Shown: piece after piece, positions 1 to 8,917 of the stretch | Layout of the letters: the number at the start of each line of letters is the position of its first letter | How positions within the stretch are numbered: position 1 is the stretch's first letter | Assembly (NCBI GenBank): GCA_963790825.1 | Contig: CAWBPM010000002.1 | Coordinates: 295,159 to 359,158, forward strand | DNA from: Candidatus Levyibacteriota bacterium | Lineage (GTDB): Bacteria; Patescibacteriota; Microgenomatia; Levybacterales; UBA12049 | Length of the DNA stretch: 64,000 nucleotides | Direction of reading: 5' to 3' | The notes under the pieces: generated by a model | Database searches by the model: none | Seen by the model: only the letters and a program-made list of their open reading frames with translations | What the model was told of the DNA's origin: nothing | Program-made: the position numbers and the translations under genes

Positions 1-330
1 CACTTTTGTTTTCCAGTCATGATTATATTTTATAAGGTGAGAATAGGGGTATGTTCTTTCACTCTCAAACGACGACCTAAAGTACTCATTAAGGTAGGCT
101 AAGGTTTGCCTTGCAGTTAGTTGTGGAATTTCTCTTTCACGCTTTGGTAAAGCAGCTGAAAGATCATCGATTGTAAATGGTTTACGTGGATTATTAATAA
201 AAACTTTTAAGAGATCTACGCCGATATTTGGAACAACAATTTCCTTTCCCTGATAACCAACACACATCTTCCTAGCTTTAAATCTTAAGTCAAGAATATT
301 TGGATTTGGACCGATTAACTCTCCAGTCAT
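1..330 (-). CDS. partial hypothetical protein, possibly OmpR/PhoB-type winged-helix DNA-binding domain (runs off window)
   Basis: Hand translation from ATG at 330: MTGELIGPNPNILDLRFKARKMCVGYQGKEIVVPNIGVDLLKVFINNPRKPFTIDDL..., open to base 1; pattern resembles a wHTH effector domain. Confidence 0.4.
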   Translation of the reverse strand, partial: MTGELIGPNPNILDLRFKARKMCVGYQGKEIVVPNIGVDLLKVFINNPRKPFTIDDLSAALPKREREIPQLTARQTLAYLNEYFRSSFESERTYPYSHLIKYNHDWKTKV

Positions 331-518
331 ATTTGTGCAAAGTGCGCACATTATATCTTATAAAAAACTACTTAACAAGACTTGATTAGCTATATATTTT
401 TTAAAGCTCTGCCTATGTTAGTAACTTAAATAAAAAATTAGTTGATATTAGGTAGAGTTTAATACCTAAATTTCGAGTATCTCGGATCGATGCCCACATT
501 TTGAGGCTAATTTTTAAG

Positions 519-546
519 TGTACCCCTGGGTTACGCAATATCGAAC
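519..546 (+). mobile_element. attP'-like half-site 1 (tRNA-Arg type core)
   Basis: TGTACC-N16-TCGAAC versus TGTACC-N11-TCGAAC in tRNA-Arg at 29835; upstream TTTGAGGCTAATTTTTAAG resembles TTCGAGGCTGTTTTTAAG before the tRNA. Confidence 0.7.
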
Positions 547-660
547 ACTTTTGGATTCATTCATTGAAACGTATAAACAACTTCATCGATATGTTCAAAT
601 CGTATCATATGTATAATTGTATAATTTCCTTCTTCCACCTGGGTATAGTATAATAACACT

Positions 661-1620
661 ATGGAAAATGTTACAAATTCAGGAGAACAAGTAGAAACTA
701 TAAAAAGCAAAGCTAGACATTTAGTTAAAGGCAGTTTAAGCAATAAAACTCTTGATTTAGCCGCTGTTCCCGAAATTATTGACGAAAATGGTCCATTTGA
801 TCCCCATAAAGAAATAACTAGTTCTGATTGGAATGCAATGCTTCATGGCTTACAAGAGTTTAAAAGTCGACAAAGTTCTTATTACCCCGAGCAGGCTGCA
901 TATATGGCTACTATTTTCCCAGAGAGTAAATCAATATTAGGATTTGACAAACATATGTGGGAAGCAACAAAAAAAAATACGGTAGAATATACTCAGGATA
1001 CCTTTACTGCCCTAGAATATGCACATTTTGCTGAACTATTAATGAGAATATTTCCGGAGCGAAGAGACGAATTATTGATTGATCAAATGTATCCACAATT
1101 ACAACATGCGTTAGACCATCTTACAAACCCAAACGAGCGAAGAATTCGAGCTCCATTACCATTAGCAACTTCTATGTTGAGACTGTTTCCTGACCGAAGA
1201 GAAGAAATATTAAATGGTAAAAAACCGCAATTATTAAAAGGGATAGGTAGTCACATAGCTGAGGAGGAAACAATGAATATAGCTAAATTTCGTCATCCAG
1301 ATATGGGAATTCATGCAAATGGAGATAATTTATCTGATGAGTTAGTAAGTGCAATGTATATATTCCCCGATCAGTTTGCTTCTTTGGATCTAAATAGTTT
1401 TTTATGGCGAGATATGAGATCTTCTTTACAAAATACACGAGATTTGCAGGCAATGCATTCTGGTTTGCTTTTATCTGACGAGTGGAAAAGATTTACTCAT
1501 CACGCTGCCAATATGACAGAACTTGCTAGAGGAAAAAGTGAGCTGGCATTGGGAATAAATCAAGAACCTCTTAATCCTACTCAAAAAATGCTTCCTGAAA
1601 AAACAAAGGACAAAATTTGA
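661..1620 (+). CDS. hypothetical protein with internal helical repeats
   Basis: 319-aa ORF; four recurrences of a hydrophobic-[IL]FP[ED] motif; TATAAT just upstream of ATG. Confidence 0.75.
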   Translation: MENVTNSGEQVETIKSKARHLVKGSLSNKTLDLAAVPEIIDENGPFDPHKEITSSDWNAMLHGLQEFKSRQSSYYPEQAAYMATIFPESKSILGFDKHMWEATKKNTVEYTQDTFTALEYAHFAELLMRIFPERRDELLIDQMYPQLQHALDHLTNPNERRIRAPLPLATSMLRLFPDRREEILNGKKPQLLKGIGSHIAEEETMNIAKFRHPDMGIHANGDNLSDELVSAMYIFPDQFASLDLNSFLWRDMRSSLQNTRDLQAMHSGLLLSDEWKRFTHHAANMTELARGKSELALGINQEPLNPTQKMLPEKTKDKI

Positions 1621-1698
1621 CAAGAACCCTGAGGGGAGTCGAACTTTTTTAGCCTCAAATAATATCTTACAGTTGAAGATTATATAAATTTAGCCTCG

Positions 1699-1726
1699 TG
1701 TACCCCTGTTGTCCCACAGTTGGAAC
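1699..1726 (+). mobile_element. attP'-like half-site 2
   Basis: TGTACC-N16-TGGAAC; following ~70 bp similar to those after the site at 3279. Confidence 0.7.
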
Positions 1727-1904
1727 TCCACTCCTTCTGGAGAGCCTATTTCGGCTTACCTTAAAACTTCAGAGGTTTGGTTTTATTTACTGTAACGGTA
1801 AGGTAATACCGCCGGAGGAGGCAATTATATGAATATCTTCTGTAGGGGACATTCTAAATCTATTATTGATAATATGCCTGTGTCTTCTTTATTATCGGAA
1901 ATAT

Positions 1905-2594
1905 CTATACTCTGCTTTTAAGATCAAACAACAGATCGCGGACTAATGTAGCTTTTATATGATCCTTTTGTTGGTTATTTAGTAACTCCCCAAGTCCTTC
2001 TAAAATTGTATTGGGATTTACTGTATTTTCTATAATATCAATAAGATCGGCAAAATATTCACTTGTATTTTTCCCAGTTCTCATCCTAACGATTTTCTCG
2101 TTAATTGGAAAATCCTTGACGAACATAAAATGCGCGTCATATAAATCTCTGTTTTGTAACTTTTTCCTATCGGTTATGGCGCATAGTTTATGAGCAAACA
2201 TACATTCCGGAGACAAAGTTGGAATAGTAATACCATAAAAATTTTTATTAATATATGTGTCAGGGTAATCACGCTTACTCATTTCTATTTTTACTCTCTG
2301 TTCCCCTTTTTCATAACTTCCTAACCAAAACCAAGTAAAATGTTTATTCACCTGGTCATCAATGATCAAATACTTCTTTATAATATTTGATACTGCTTCT
2401 TCAGGTAATGTTTCTGAAATGACATTAAAATCAAGATCAACGGAAAAACGATCTAATTCATAAAACATGTAGAGACACGTACCGCCTTTAAAAGCAAGTC
2501 TCCCTTGTAATTCAGGAGTCGTATATATATCTCGTAAAATATTTTTTAATATTTGTTCGTATTTCTTCCGATCTAACATATTATTTCTGTGCAT
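1905..2594 (-). CDS. AbiEii-family nucleotidyltransferase toxin (type IV TA)
   Basis: FKGGTCL...RFSVDLDF, HKLCA and RDLYD motifs. Confidence 0.9.
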   Translation of the reverse strand: MHRNNMLDRKKYEQILKNILRDIYTTPELQGRLAFKGGTCLYMFYELDRFSVDLDFNVISETLPEEAVSNIIKKYLIIDDQVNKHFTWFWLGSYEKGEQRVKIEMSKRDYPDTYINKNFYGITIPTLSPECMFAHKLCAITDRKKLQNRDLYDAHFMFVKDFPINEKIVRMRTGKNTSEYFADLIDIIENTVNPNTILEGLGELLNNQQKDHIKATLVRDLLFDLKSRV

Positions 2595-3168
2595 TAATAA
2601 CTTTAATAAGTGCGTTCACTTCATTCTCTAATCTCTTATTTCCATAAATTTTTGATATCAGCGAAAGCTTTTCCGCGTCAACACCAAGAAGATTATCAAA
2701 ATAAAAACCGGGGAAGACGTATAAACAATCACAAATAGTTCGTTCTTTATCCGCTATAATGTATCTGCCATTATCGGTTAATCCTAGCTGAGAATAGAAG
2801 ATCGTTTCCTTAGCTTTATGATAGATATAATGTTGATCATTTATTGTATATTTTTTACTCCGTAAAGATATTGCATATATCGTTTCATAATATTGAAACG
2901 TTAATCCATGCATTTGGCTTGCGGTATATAAAGAAATATATGATAATGGAACAAGTTTTTGAACAATATCCAAGGGAGTGTAGTCTTGCCCATACGCGTA
3001 TACACCCTTAGAAATATGTAGTAGCCGCTTTTCTCTCAAGTAATATTTTATACGCTCAATGAGTTTTCTTCGTTCAGAAATTTTCCACAAAATTGATAAA
3101 TCTTCTATTGTAAATACCTTTTTCCCAGAAGTTGCCAATTTCTCTATATTTGTAGTTTGATGCTCCAT
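2581..3168 (-). CDS. AbiEi-family antitoxin / transcriptional regulator
   Basis: wHTH-like N-terminus with KGVY, SYISLYTA and ADKERTICD motifs; overlaps abiEii-like gene. Confidence 0.85.
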   Translation of the reverse strand: MEHQTTNIEKLATSGKKVFTIEDLSILWKISERRKLIERIKYYLREKRLLHISKGVYAYGQDYTPLDIVQKLVPLSYISLYTASQMHGLTFQYYETIYAISLRSKKYTINDQHYIYHKAKETIFYSQLGLTDNGRYIIADKERTICDCLYVFPGFYFDNLLGVDAEKLSLISKIYGNKRLENEVNALIKVINAQK

Positions 3169-3260
3169 AGGGTAGTATTCCTACCCTATACAATATCAAG
3201 TAGCTTTATAATTGTCAATATACATGTCGTGACTATCAATAATGACAAACTACTACCCTA
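3167..3260 (-). promoter_or_regulatory. putative AbiEi operator and promoter
   Basis: Inverted repeat ATAGGGTAG-N5-CTACCCTAT over the start codon, a further CTACCCTA half-site near 3253, TTGACA on minus strand near 3213. Confidence 0.55.
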
Positions 3261-3278
3261 ATCTTACTATAGGTCTGT

Positions 3279-3306
3279 AGTACGCCTGCTGTCCCACAGT
3301 TGGAAC
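3279..3306 (+). mobile_element. attP'-like half-site 3, likely left boundary of the conjugative element
   Basis: AGTACG-N16-TGGAAC, near-identical to the site at 1699. Confidence 0.65.
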
Positions 3307-3383
3307 CCCTAGCCTCCTTGACAGTCTAATTCATCTTAGCTTAAAACTTTAGGAATTTGGTTTTGTTTACAACAAATATATTA

Positions 3384-3992
3384 TTACAAGTTACCTGTTA
3401 AAAACGTCCTGGGATTTACCGGTATTCCATAGGCGTTGATCTGAAAATGTAAATGCGGACCTGTGGCGTTGCCTGTCTCTCCTTCATAGCCGATAATGGT
3501 ATTTGTGTCAACAGTTGTTCCAACCTTTGTTGTAACTGCCTCCATATGGCCGTACAAGCTCGTTACATGACTTCCGTTGTCAATAACGACATAATTCCCA
3601 TATCCCAGGCTATCTTCTCCCGCAAACGTCACAGTACCTTTAGCAAACGGGTGTATCGGATCTCCTTGAAGGCCTTGTGGGTTGGCAATATCAATACCGG
3701 TGTGGAGTATCTGGTATGGAGGGTCGGGTTGTCCAAATTCAAGCGTCACGATACCCGTTGCGGGCCACGCCATTGACTCAGTAAAATCTGAGGTTGTCCC
3801 ATCTAAATTATGGATCTCAACCGTGTTAGTCGTGAGGTTGAGTGTGACGAGTTTGTCAGAAACGACTTGGAATCCAAAATTTGTTAATACGACTATACCG
3901 ATAATGGGAAGGAGAAGAATAAAAATAAAAACACCGGCAACAATTTTAAATTCAAAGCGATTGGAAAAAAGAGCGAATGCAACATATGGCAT
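3384..3992 (-). CDS. M23 family metallopeptidase (conjugative cell-wall hydrolase)
   Basis: HTGIDIA, YGHM and TGPHLHF motifs; N-terminal TM segment; last gene of the T4SS operon. Confidence 0.9.
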   Translation of the reverse strand: MPYVAFALFSNRFEFKIVAGVFIFILLLPIIGIVVLTNFGFQVVSDKLVTLNLTTNTVEIHNLDGTTSDFTESMAWPATGIVTLEFGQPDPPYQILHTGIDIANPQGLQGDPIHPFAKGTVTFAGEDSLGYGNYVVIDNGSHVTSLYGHMEAVTTKVGTTVDTNTIIGYEGETGNATGPHLHFQINAYGIPVNPRTFLTGNL

Positions 3993-3998
3993 GGTGTT

Positions 3999-5840
3999 TT
4001 ATATGTATATCTCCTTCGGATCGGTAGTTAAAAGCGGATGTTCTTTCTCCGATGCTACGACTTTGACGGCTACGTGATTCTGATCGGCAATGATTAACGC
4101 TTCGCCCCGCTCACAGGTTAGGAGAAATTGTGATTCGTATTCACTCAAATGAAATTCCTGTGTGACCTGTTTAATTGTTGTAGTGTCCTGGCGCATGAGG
4201 ATACGAAGGGAAGACTGACTGGCAATGGCTCTCCCATAATCTTGTTTGAGGAAATCCTGTGCCTGTTGGGAAATAATGGTGACTCCCAGGTAATATTTCC
4301 GTGCTCGTCGGACTAATCCGGCAATAAATCTGGCTGATTCAACGTGTTCCAAAAGCATCCAACCTTCATCTATCACGAGCATACGTTTTTGTGGATGAGA
4401 TTTCACCTGTGACTCAACAAAATTAGCAATGACCACCATCATAATTTGCCTGAGAGATTCATGAAGATCTTTTATATTGAAAACGATAAGACGATTCTCA
4501 AGTTGTATATTTGTCTGTTCATCAAAAACTGTCGATAGTGATCCTTTGACAAACCGTTCCAATCTATTGCAAATATCTTTTTGCTTCATTGTTTTAAGAG
4601 TTTTATATAAGTCTTTGACTAATGGGAATTCCTGGTGTTTTGCATTCATTTTTTTCTTTCCATTCATTGTGAAGCCAAATTCTTTGTAGGTCAGAAGTAT
4701 TGCCTTATCCATTACCGCCCGCTCTTCGGGAGAGAGTCCTTCAACCATAAGGGAAATAATTTCGGTAAGATTCTGAATATGTTCAGATAAAACATTTTCA
4801 CCATTTTGTGTAATAGAAAAATCAAAAGGATTTATTTTCTCCTTACTGGTAGCGGATAGTTTAATATACGTTCCCCTTACAGATTTTGCCAGTTGTTTGT
4901 ATTCCCGCTCAGGATCAATAACAATCACCTTTGTCCCCTGCATGAGCTGTCTGAGGATTTCAACTTTTGTGGTGTAACTTTTACCGGATCCGGATTGAGC
5001 AAAGATAATGGCATTGGCATTATTGAGTGAAAACCTGTCGACAATAACCAGCGAGTTATTTGATTTGTTAATGCCATAGAGTATTCCTGCCTCCTGCACA
5101 AGTTCTGAAGAGACAAAAGGAAAGGTTAGTGCGCCGGAGGAGCTGTCTAGATTTCGCCTCTGAGAGAGCAGGTTTTCTCCCCTCGGGAGTACCGATTGTA
5201 ACCCTTCAATCTGCTGGTAGATTGCGGTTTTTATATAAAACAACCTGGTTGCCATAACCGTTTCTAAAATCTTGGTGATTTTATTAAGTTCCGATACAGA
5301 GTCGGCAGTAATAGTCATGTAAATGGAAAACTGAAACAGCTTTTCTTTTCCCCGTTGAATATTGTTTTTAAGCAGAATTGCCGAATCCAGGGGATCGGTA
5401 ATTTCAGAACCAACTAACCGTCCGTTTTTAATCATCGCCCGTTTTGTTGCTTCAAGCTCAGTTATTTTTCTGTTCAGTTTTGGCAGAGCAAGGAGTGGAT
5501 CAACTTTTTCAATATGATAGGAGATGTCGATGTTGTAGTTAAAGTTGATAAGCATACTAAGCCATCCCGTACCGGCAACATAGGGAAACCCGCTGATAAA
5601 CAGTGTACGGACAAACTTTTCTCCCATTGACAAGTAACTGCTATTTTCCATCAGTCCCGAGTACGAAATTAAATCAATCTGGTCCTGTTCGCCGAAATTA
5701 AACTGAAATGATTTTTTCAATAATTCTTTTTTCTTGTTTTTGTATTGCAACTTTTTTTGCAAGCGTTTCATTGTCCTTTTTAAATGAATTCGCTTTGCGT
5801 TTTGCAGCGGTTGTAATGAAATATCGGTTAGATTAAACAT
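3999..5840 (-). CDS. virB4: VirB4-like conjugal transfer ATPase
   Basis: Walker A AQSGSGKS, IDPEREY, Walker B VIDEGW, RRARKY; start chosen at the ATG overlapping the upstream stop. Confidence 0.9.
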   Translation of the reverse strand: MFNLTDISLQPLQNAKRIHLKRTMKRLQKKLQYKNKKKELLKKSFQFNFGEQDQIDLISYSGLMENSSYLSMGEKFVRTLFISGFPYVAGTGWLSMLINFNYNIDISYHIEKVDPLLALPKLNRKITELEATKRAMIKNGRLVGSEITDPLDSAILLKNNIQRGKEKLFQFSIYMTITADSVSELNKITKILETVMATRLFYIKTAIYQQIEGLQSVLPRGENLLSQRRNLDSSSGALTFPFVSSELVQEAGILYGINKSNNSLVIVDRFSLNNANAIIFAQSGSGKSYTTKVEILRQLMQGTKVIVIDPEREYKQLAKSVRGTYIKLSATSKEKINPFDFSITQNGENVLSEHIQNLTEIISLMVEGLSPEERAVMDKAILLTYKEFGFTMNGKKKMNAKHQEFPLVKDLYKTLKTMKQKDICNRLERFVKGSLSTVFDEQTNIQLENRLIVFNIKDLHESLRQIMMVVIANFVESQVKSHPQKRMLVIDEGWMLLEHVESARFIAGLVRRARKYYLGVTIISQQAQDFLKQDYGRAIASQSSLRILMRQDTTTIKQVTQEFHLSEYESQFLLTCERGEALIIADQNHVAVKVVASEKEHPLLTTDPKEIYI

Positions 5841-6450
5841 ATGATGTTTTAAGCAGCATATCAATTGTTTGTCCTTTTAACGCCTGTGTTTTTATTTGGT
5901 CGGGATTGTAAAAAGAATAAAACAAATCAAGAAGTTCCAGGCTTGTTAGCTGTCTTGCTTTCATACCGAGTTTCTCGATACCCTTGCTGACAATATCCCG
6001 TTCTAAATATAAATGCTCCTTAATTGTTGTAAAATCATTTTTTCCCGTGTTGTTAAAGGGAACAATAACGTAAAACCGGCGGGAAAGAATCTTGTTGCCG
6101 CGGACCATTTGTTTAATAAACGTACAATAAGTATCAATTTGCTCTCTGTATATTGCTTCTTTTTCCTCTGTTCCTTTGATTTGTATTTGCTGGGTGTAGG
6201 AATCAATATCCATTTCCCTGACCCTAATAAGGATTTGCAGAGAGGAAGGCAGAGAATTTAAAAAGTTCTGGAAGCTATCAATTATAACATCCTGTTCTTC
6301 CTCGGATTTTAATTCGAAGTTAATCGAAGAAGTTTCCAGAACCAGACGGTACTGGTTATTCGGTAATATCAGTATATTATCTTTTACTTCTTTAATCCGG
6401 ATTTGCCGGCGGGAGCCGACTTTCTTATTTGATTTGTTCAATGCCAACAT
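5833..6450 (-). CDS. conjugal transfer protein (VirB4-associated, TraC-like N-terminal module)
   Basis: SINFELKSEEEQ...FQNFLNSL...RRFYVIVP pattern; lies between prgI-like and virB4. Confidence 0.7.
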   Translation of the reverse strand: MLALNKSNKKVGSRRQIRIKEVKDNILILPNNQYRLVLETSSINFELKSEEEQDVIIDSFQNFLNSLPSSLQILIRVREMDIDSYTQQIQIKGTEEKEAIYREQIDTYCTFIKQMVRGNKILSRRFYVIVPFNNTGKNDFTTIKEHLYLERDIVSKGIEKLGMKARQLTSLELLDLFYSFYNPDQIKTQALKGQTIDMLLKTSYV

Positions 6451-6940
6451 TTAGCCCTCCTTTTTTGTTTGTTTTTATTGAGAATATATACTTAGGGCTG
6501 AGAATGAGCTGCTCCAAGCGGATAATATCAGAAAATACGATTTTTTTAAGGGAGATTTTTTCAACCTTTTTGTCTTTTGCCCTTTTAAGTAAGCGGAATT
6601 GCCTTTTCTCAGTTACCGGCAGATATATGTCCCGCCCGTACGCATCATTTTTGTTATACACATAATATTTCGGCCTGAGGTTATACCTAAGTAAAATACA
6701 AATCCAGCTTAGAACAACTTTCCCTTTTATTCTGAGAGCAAGGGTAAGACTGATAATCGCGGCAATGAGCGCGGCGGCAATTTTTACAATGCTTAGATGC
6801 AGCTTTGGCGGAAGGATGATAAATTCAACTGTTGACAGGAAAACCGGAATCATAAGCAAGATAATCTGTGTTAAATTGAGGCTTCCCGCAATCCTGTCCT
6901 CAACGGTTGTAATCTGCGCCGGAATAATTCTGGTTCTCAC
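6425..6940 (-). CDS. PrgI family (VirB3-like) protein
   Basis: IPAQITTVEDRIAGSLNLTQ followed by two TM helices and PKYYVY. Confidence 0.8.
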   Translation of the reverse strand: MRTRIIPAQITTVEDRIAGSLNLTQIILLMIPVFLSTVEFIILPPKLHLSIVKIAAALIAAIISLTLALRIKGKVVLSWICILLRYNLRPKYYVYNKNDAYGRDIYLPVTEKRQFRLLKRAKDKKVEKISLKKIVFSDIIRLEQLILSPKYIFSIKTNKKGGLNVGIEQIK

Positions 6941-8235
6941 GCGTTAACGTACCTCCTTCGCCGTACTGCGTCATCGTCATCGGTTTGTTGTTGTTGTTGT
7001 TGCGACCCGGCATTTTCCCCCTTACGGCTTGTCATAGTATTAAGCATTTGTCCGCCCATATGGATTAAAGCACCCATTCGGGAGGTATAGAACATCATTT
7101 GGAATAACCAGGTGGGAATTTTAAGAAGGGTTAGAAATAGTCCTATGGCAATGACAATTGAGAGAAGTGAGCTGTCCGGATTATCGGGGATAGCCAGAAA
7201 GGAGGAAGCAAGTTGTATGACAACCACGTGCACAAAAATAATAAAGACGGTAACAAAGTATCCCTTAACCGCTGCCTCGGCAAAATCCGAGAACTTGGGG
7301 ACTGCCCACATGAGAAAGATAAAAGGAGAGAGGACGCCGGCCAGGACAACGAGAATAAGCCTGACAATATACATAAAAAGGAGGATAATTGCCACGATCA
7401 AAAAGATGATAAAAAAGATTAAAGTAATTATTGGTGTATGCCCGGTCAAAACACTCACAGGACTTATGGCATTGACCACCCATGCGTGGCTCAAACCCCC
7501 TGTTGTGTTAATCACCTCACTAACCAGTGCGTTGCAGGTGGTAATAACGTAGTCGCAAAGAAACAGGGAGACATTCGCGCCTAAAAATGCCAAACCGATA
7601 CGGGGAAGTAGGTGTTTAAGCTCTATCTCCTCAAAGCCAAAGGTTGAAGCCGACATAAAATGCAACCCTAAAAGAGCAACAACGAGAACAAATAACGAAT
7701 CAACAATTCCCAGGCTTACTGTCCAGAAGTGAAATACAACTGAGTTGCTAAGTAAACTTGGAGTTGTGGTTAGATAACCTATAATCGCATTCACAATTGG
7801 CTGTGTTGCGCTTTGCACTATGTTTTGCATCAGTCCTGTAATTGCGCTGATAAGAACCTGTGCAATGGCGCCCGTTGGACTTTGGGCTGCAATGGGAATC
7901 AAACTGGTTGCTAAGGAGGCAGCGGGTGAGACGGGGGCAATAAGGGCATTTTGCAAAAGAGAGACAACAACATTTGCCGAAAGAACAAGAGAAAGACCTA
8001 TGAGGGCATTTCTGATAGTTTTCCTGGCCTGCTCCAACGCTTCCGGATGGCCGGTTGAGGTGATGTATTGGTATCCTCCTTTAATTAAGAAGAGAATCGC
8101 TGATGCCGATGCTAAAAGAGTAAGAATCTGAAGGGTGTCACTTGTGTAGTTGGTAATGTCCGCTCCTGCCGCAAATACAGGCGGAACGACAAAAAGAAAG
8201 AGAGTAGCTCCATAAAGTAAGATCTTCTGCTTCAT
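6937..8235 (-). CDS. VirB6/TrbL-like polytopic membrane protein with N-terminal pilin-like domain
   Basis: N-terminal GGYQYITSTGHPEALEQARKTIRNALIGL matches the upstream pilin; many TM segments follow. Confidence 0.7.
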   Translation of the reverse strand: MKQKILLYGATLFLFVVPPVFAAGADITNYTSDTLQILTLLASASAILFLIKGGYQYITSTGHPEALEQARKTIRNALIGLSLVLSANVVVSLLQNALIAPVSPAASLATSLIPIAAQSPTGAIAQVLISAITGLMQNIVQSATQPIVNAIIGYLTTTPSLLSNSVVFHFWTVSLGIVDSLFVLVVALLGLHFMSASTFGFEEIELKHLLPRIGLAFLGANVSLFLCDYVITTCNALVSEVINTTGGLSHAWVVNAISPVSVLTGHTPIITLIFFIIFLIVAIILLFMYIVRLILVVLAGVLSPFIFLMWAVPKFSDFAEAAVKGYFVTVFIIFVHVVVIQLASSFLAIPDNPDSSLLSIVIAIGLFLTLLKIPTWLFQMMFYTSRMGALIHMGGQMLNTMTSRKGENAGSQQQQQQTDDDDAVRRRRYVNA

Positions 8236-8247
8236 AACTTGTAATTC

Positions 8248-8589
8248 CTATTGACTTGCCTGCGCCGTACCGAATGCTGTCGTCGCAAGATCGGTTATAA
8301 TCGTTGATAATACAAACGCTCCCAAAACTATTGCCAGTCCGATTGCCGAGTAAAATATAGTTTTTTTGGACCGGTCTAACGATTCCGGATTACCGGATGA
8401 AGTGATATACCCCACTCCTCCCCAGACAAAAAAACCGGCTGCTACTAAACCTGCCAGTGTGACAAGAACCGAGATGATGCTTTGGATAAAGGTTTGAATC
8501 TTCGTAACGTCTGCTGAGGCGGCAAACGCCGGCGTCGCAGTTATAAGAGACGTAAGTACTAACGATGACAGAAAGATTAGTTTTCTCAT
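8248..8589 (-). CDS. TrbC/VirB2-like pilin
   Basis: Signal peptide, two hydrophobic helices around GGVGYITSSGNPESLDRSKKTI; AGGAGG SD. Confidence 0.8.
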   Translation of the reverse strand: MRKLIFLSSLVLTSLITATPAFAASADVTKIQTFIQSIISVLVTLAGLVAAGFFVWGGVGYITSSGNPESLDRSKKTIFYSAIGLAIVLGAFVLSTIITDLATTAFGTAQASQ

Positions 8590-8917
8590 GTTCCTCCTTT
8601 CTTCTTAGGATTTTTCTTACAAAAAAGCTGCTCATGACGAGCAGCAGTAATTGAAAAGATTATACAGAAAAATATACGAAATGCAAGGGGATTTTTCATT
8701 ATTCGTTATAACCGGTCGTTTTTTTCTGATAAGATCAATAATCTAAAACGGAATATCCGCAGTCATATTTTCTTTTGTTGCAGAGTTTACTATAAAATGC
8801 TCTTACATTTATTTATAAAGGGTACTACTTTTTAAAAAGAGAGTTGAAATATTCTTAAAAGTGAACTACTCTAATAGGGGGTTAAGAATTTTACTGAGAT
8901 TTACAGTAGGAAATAAA

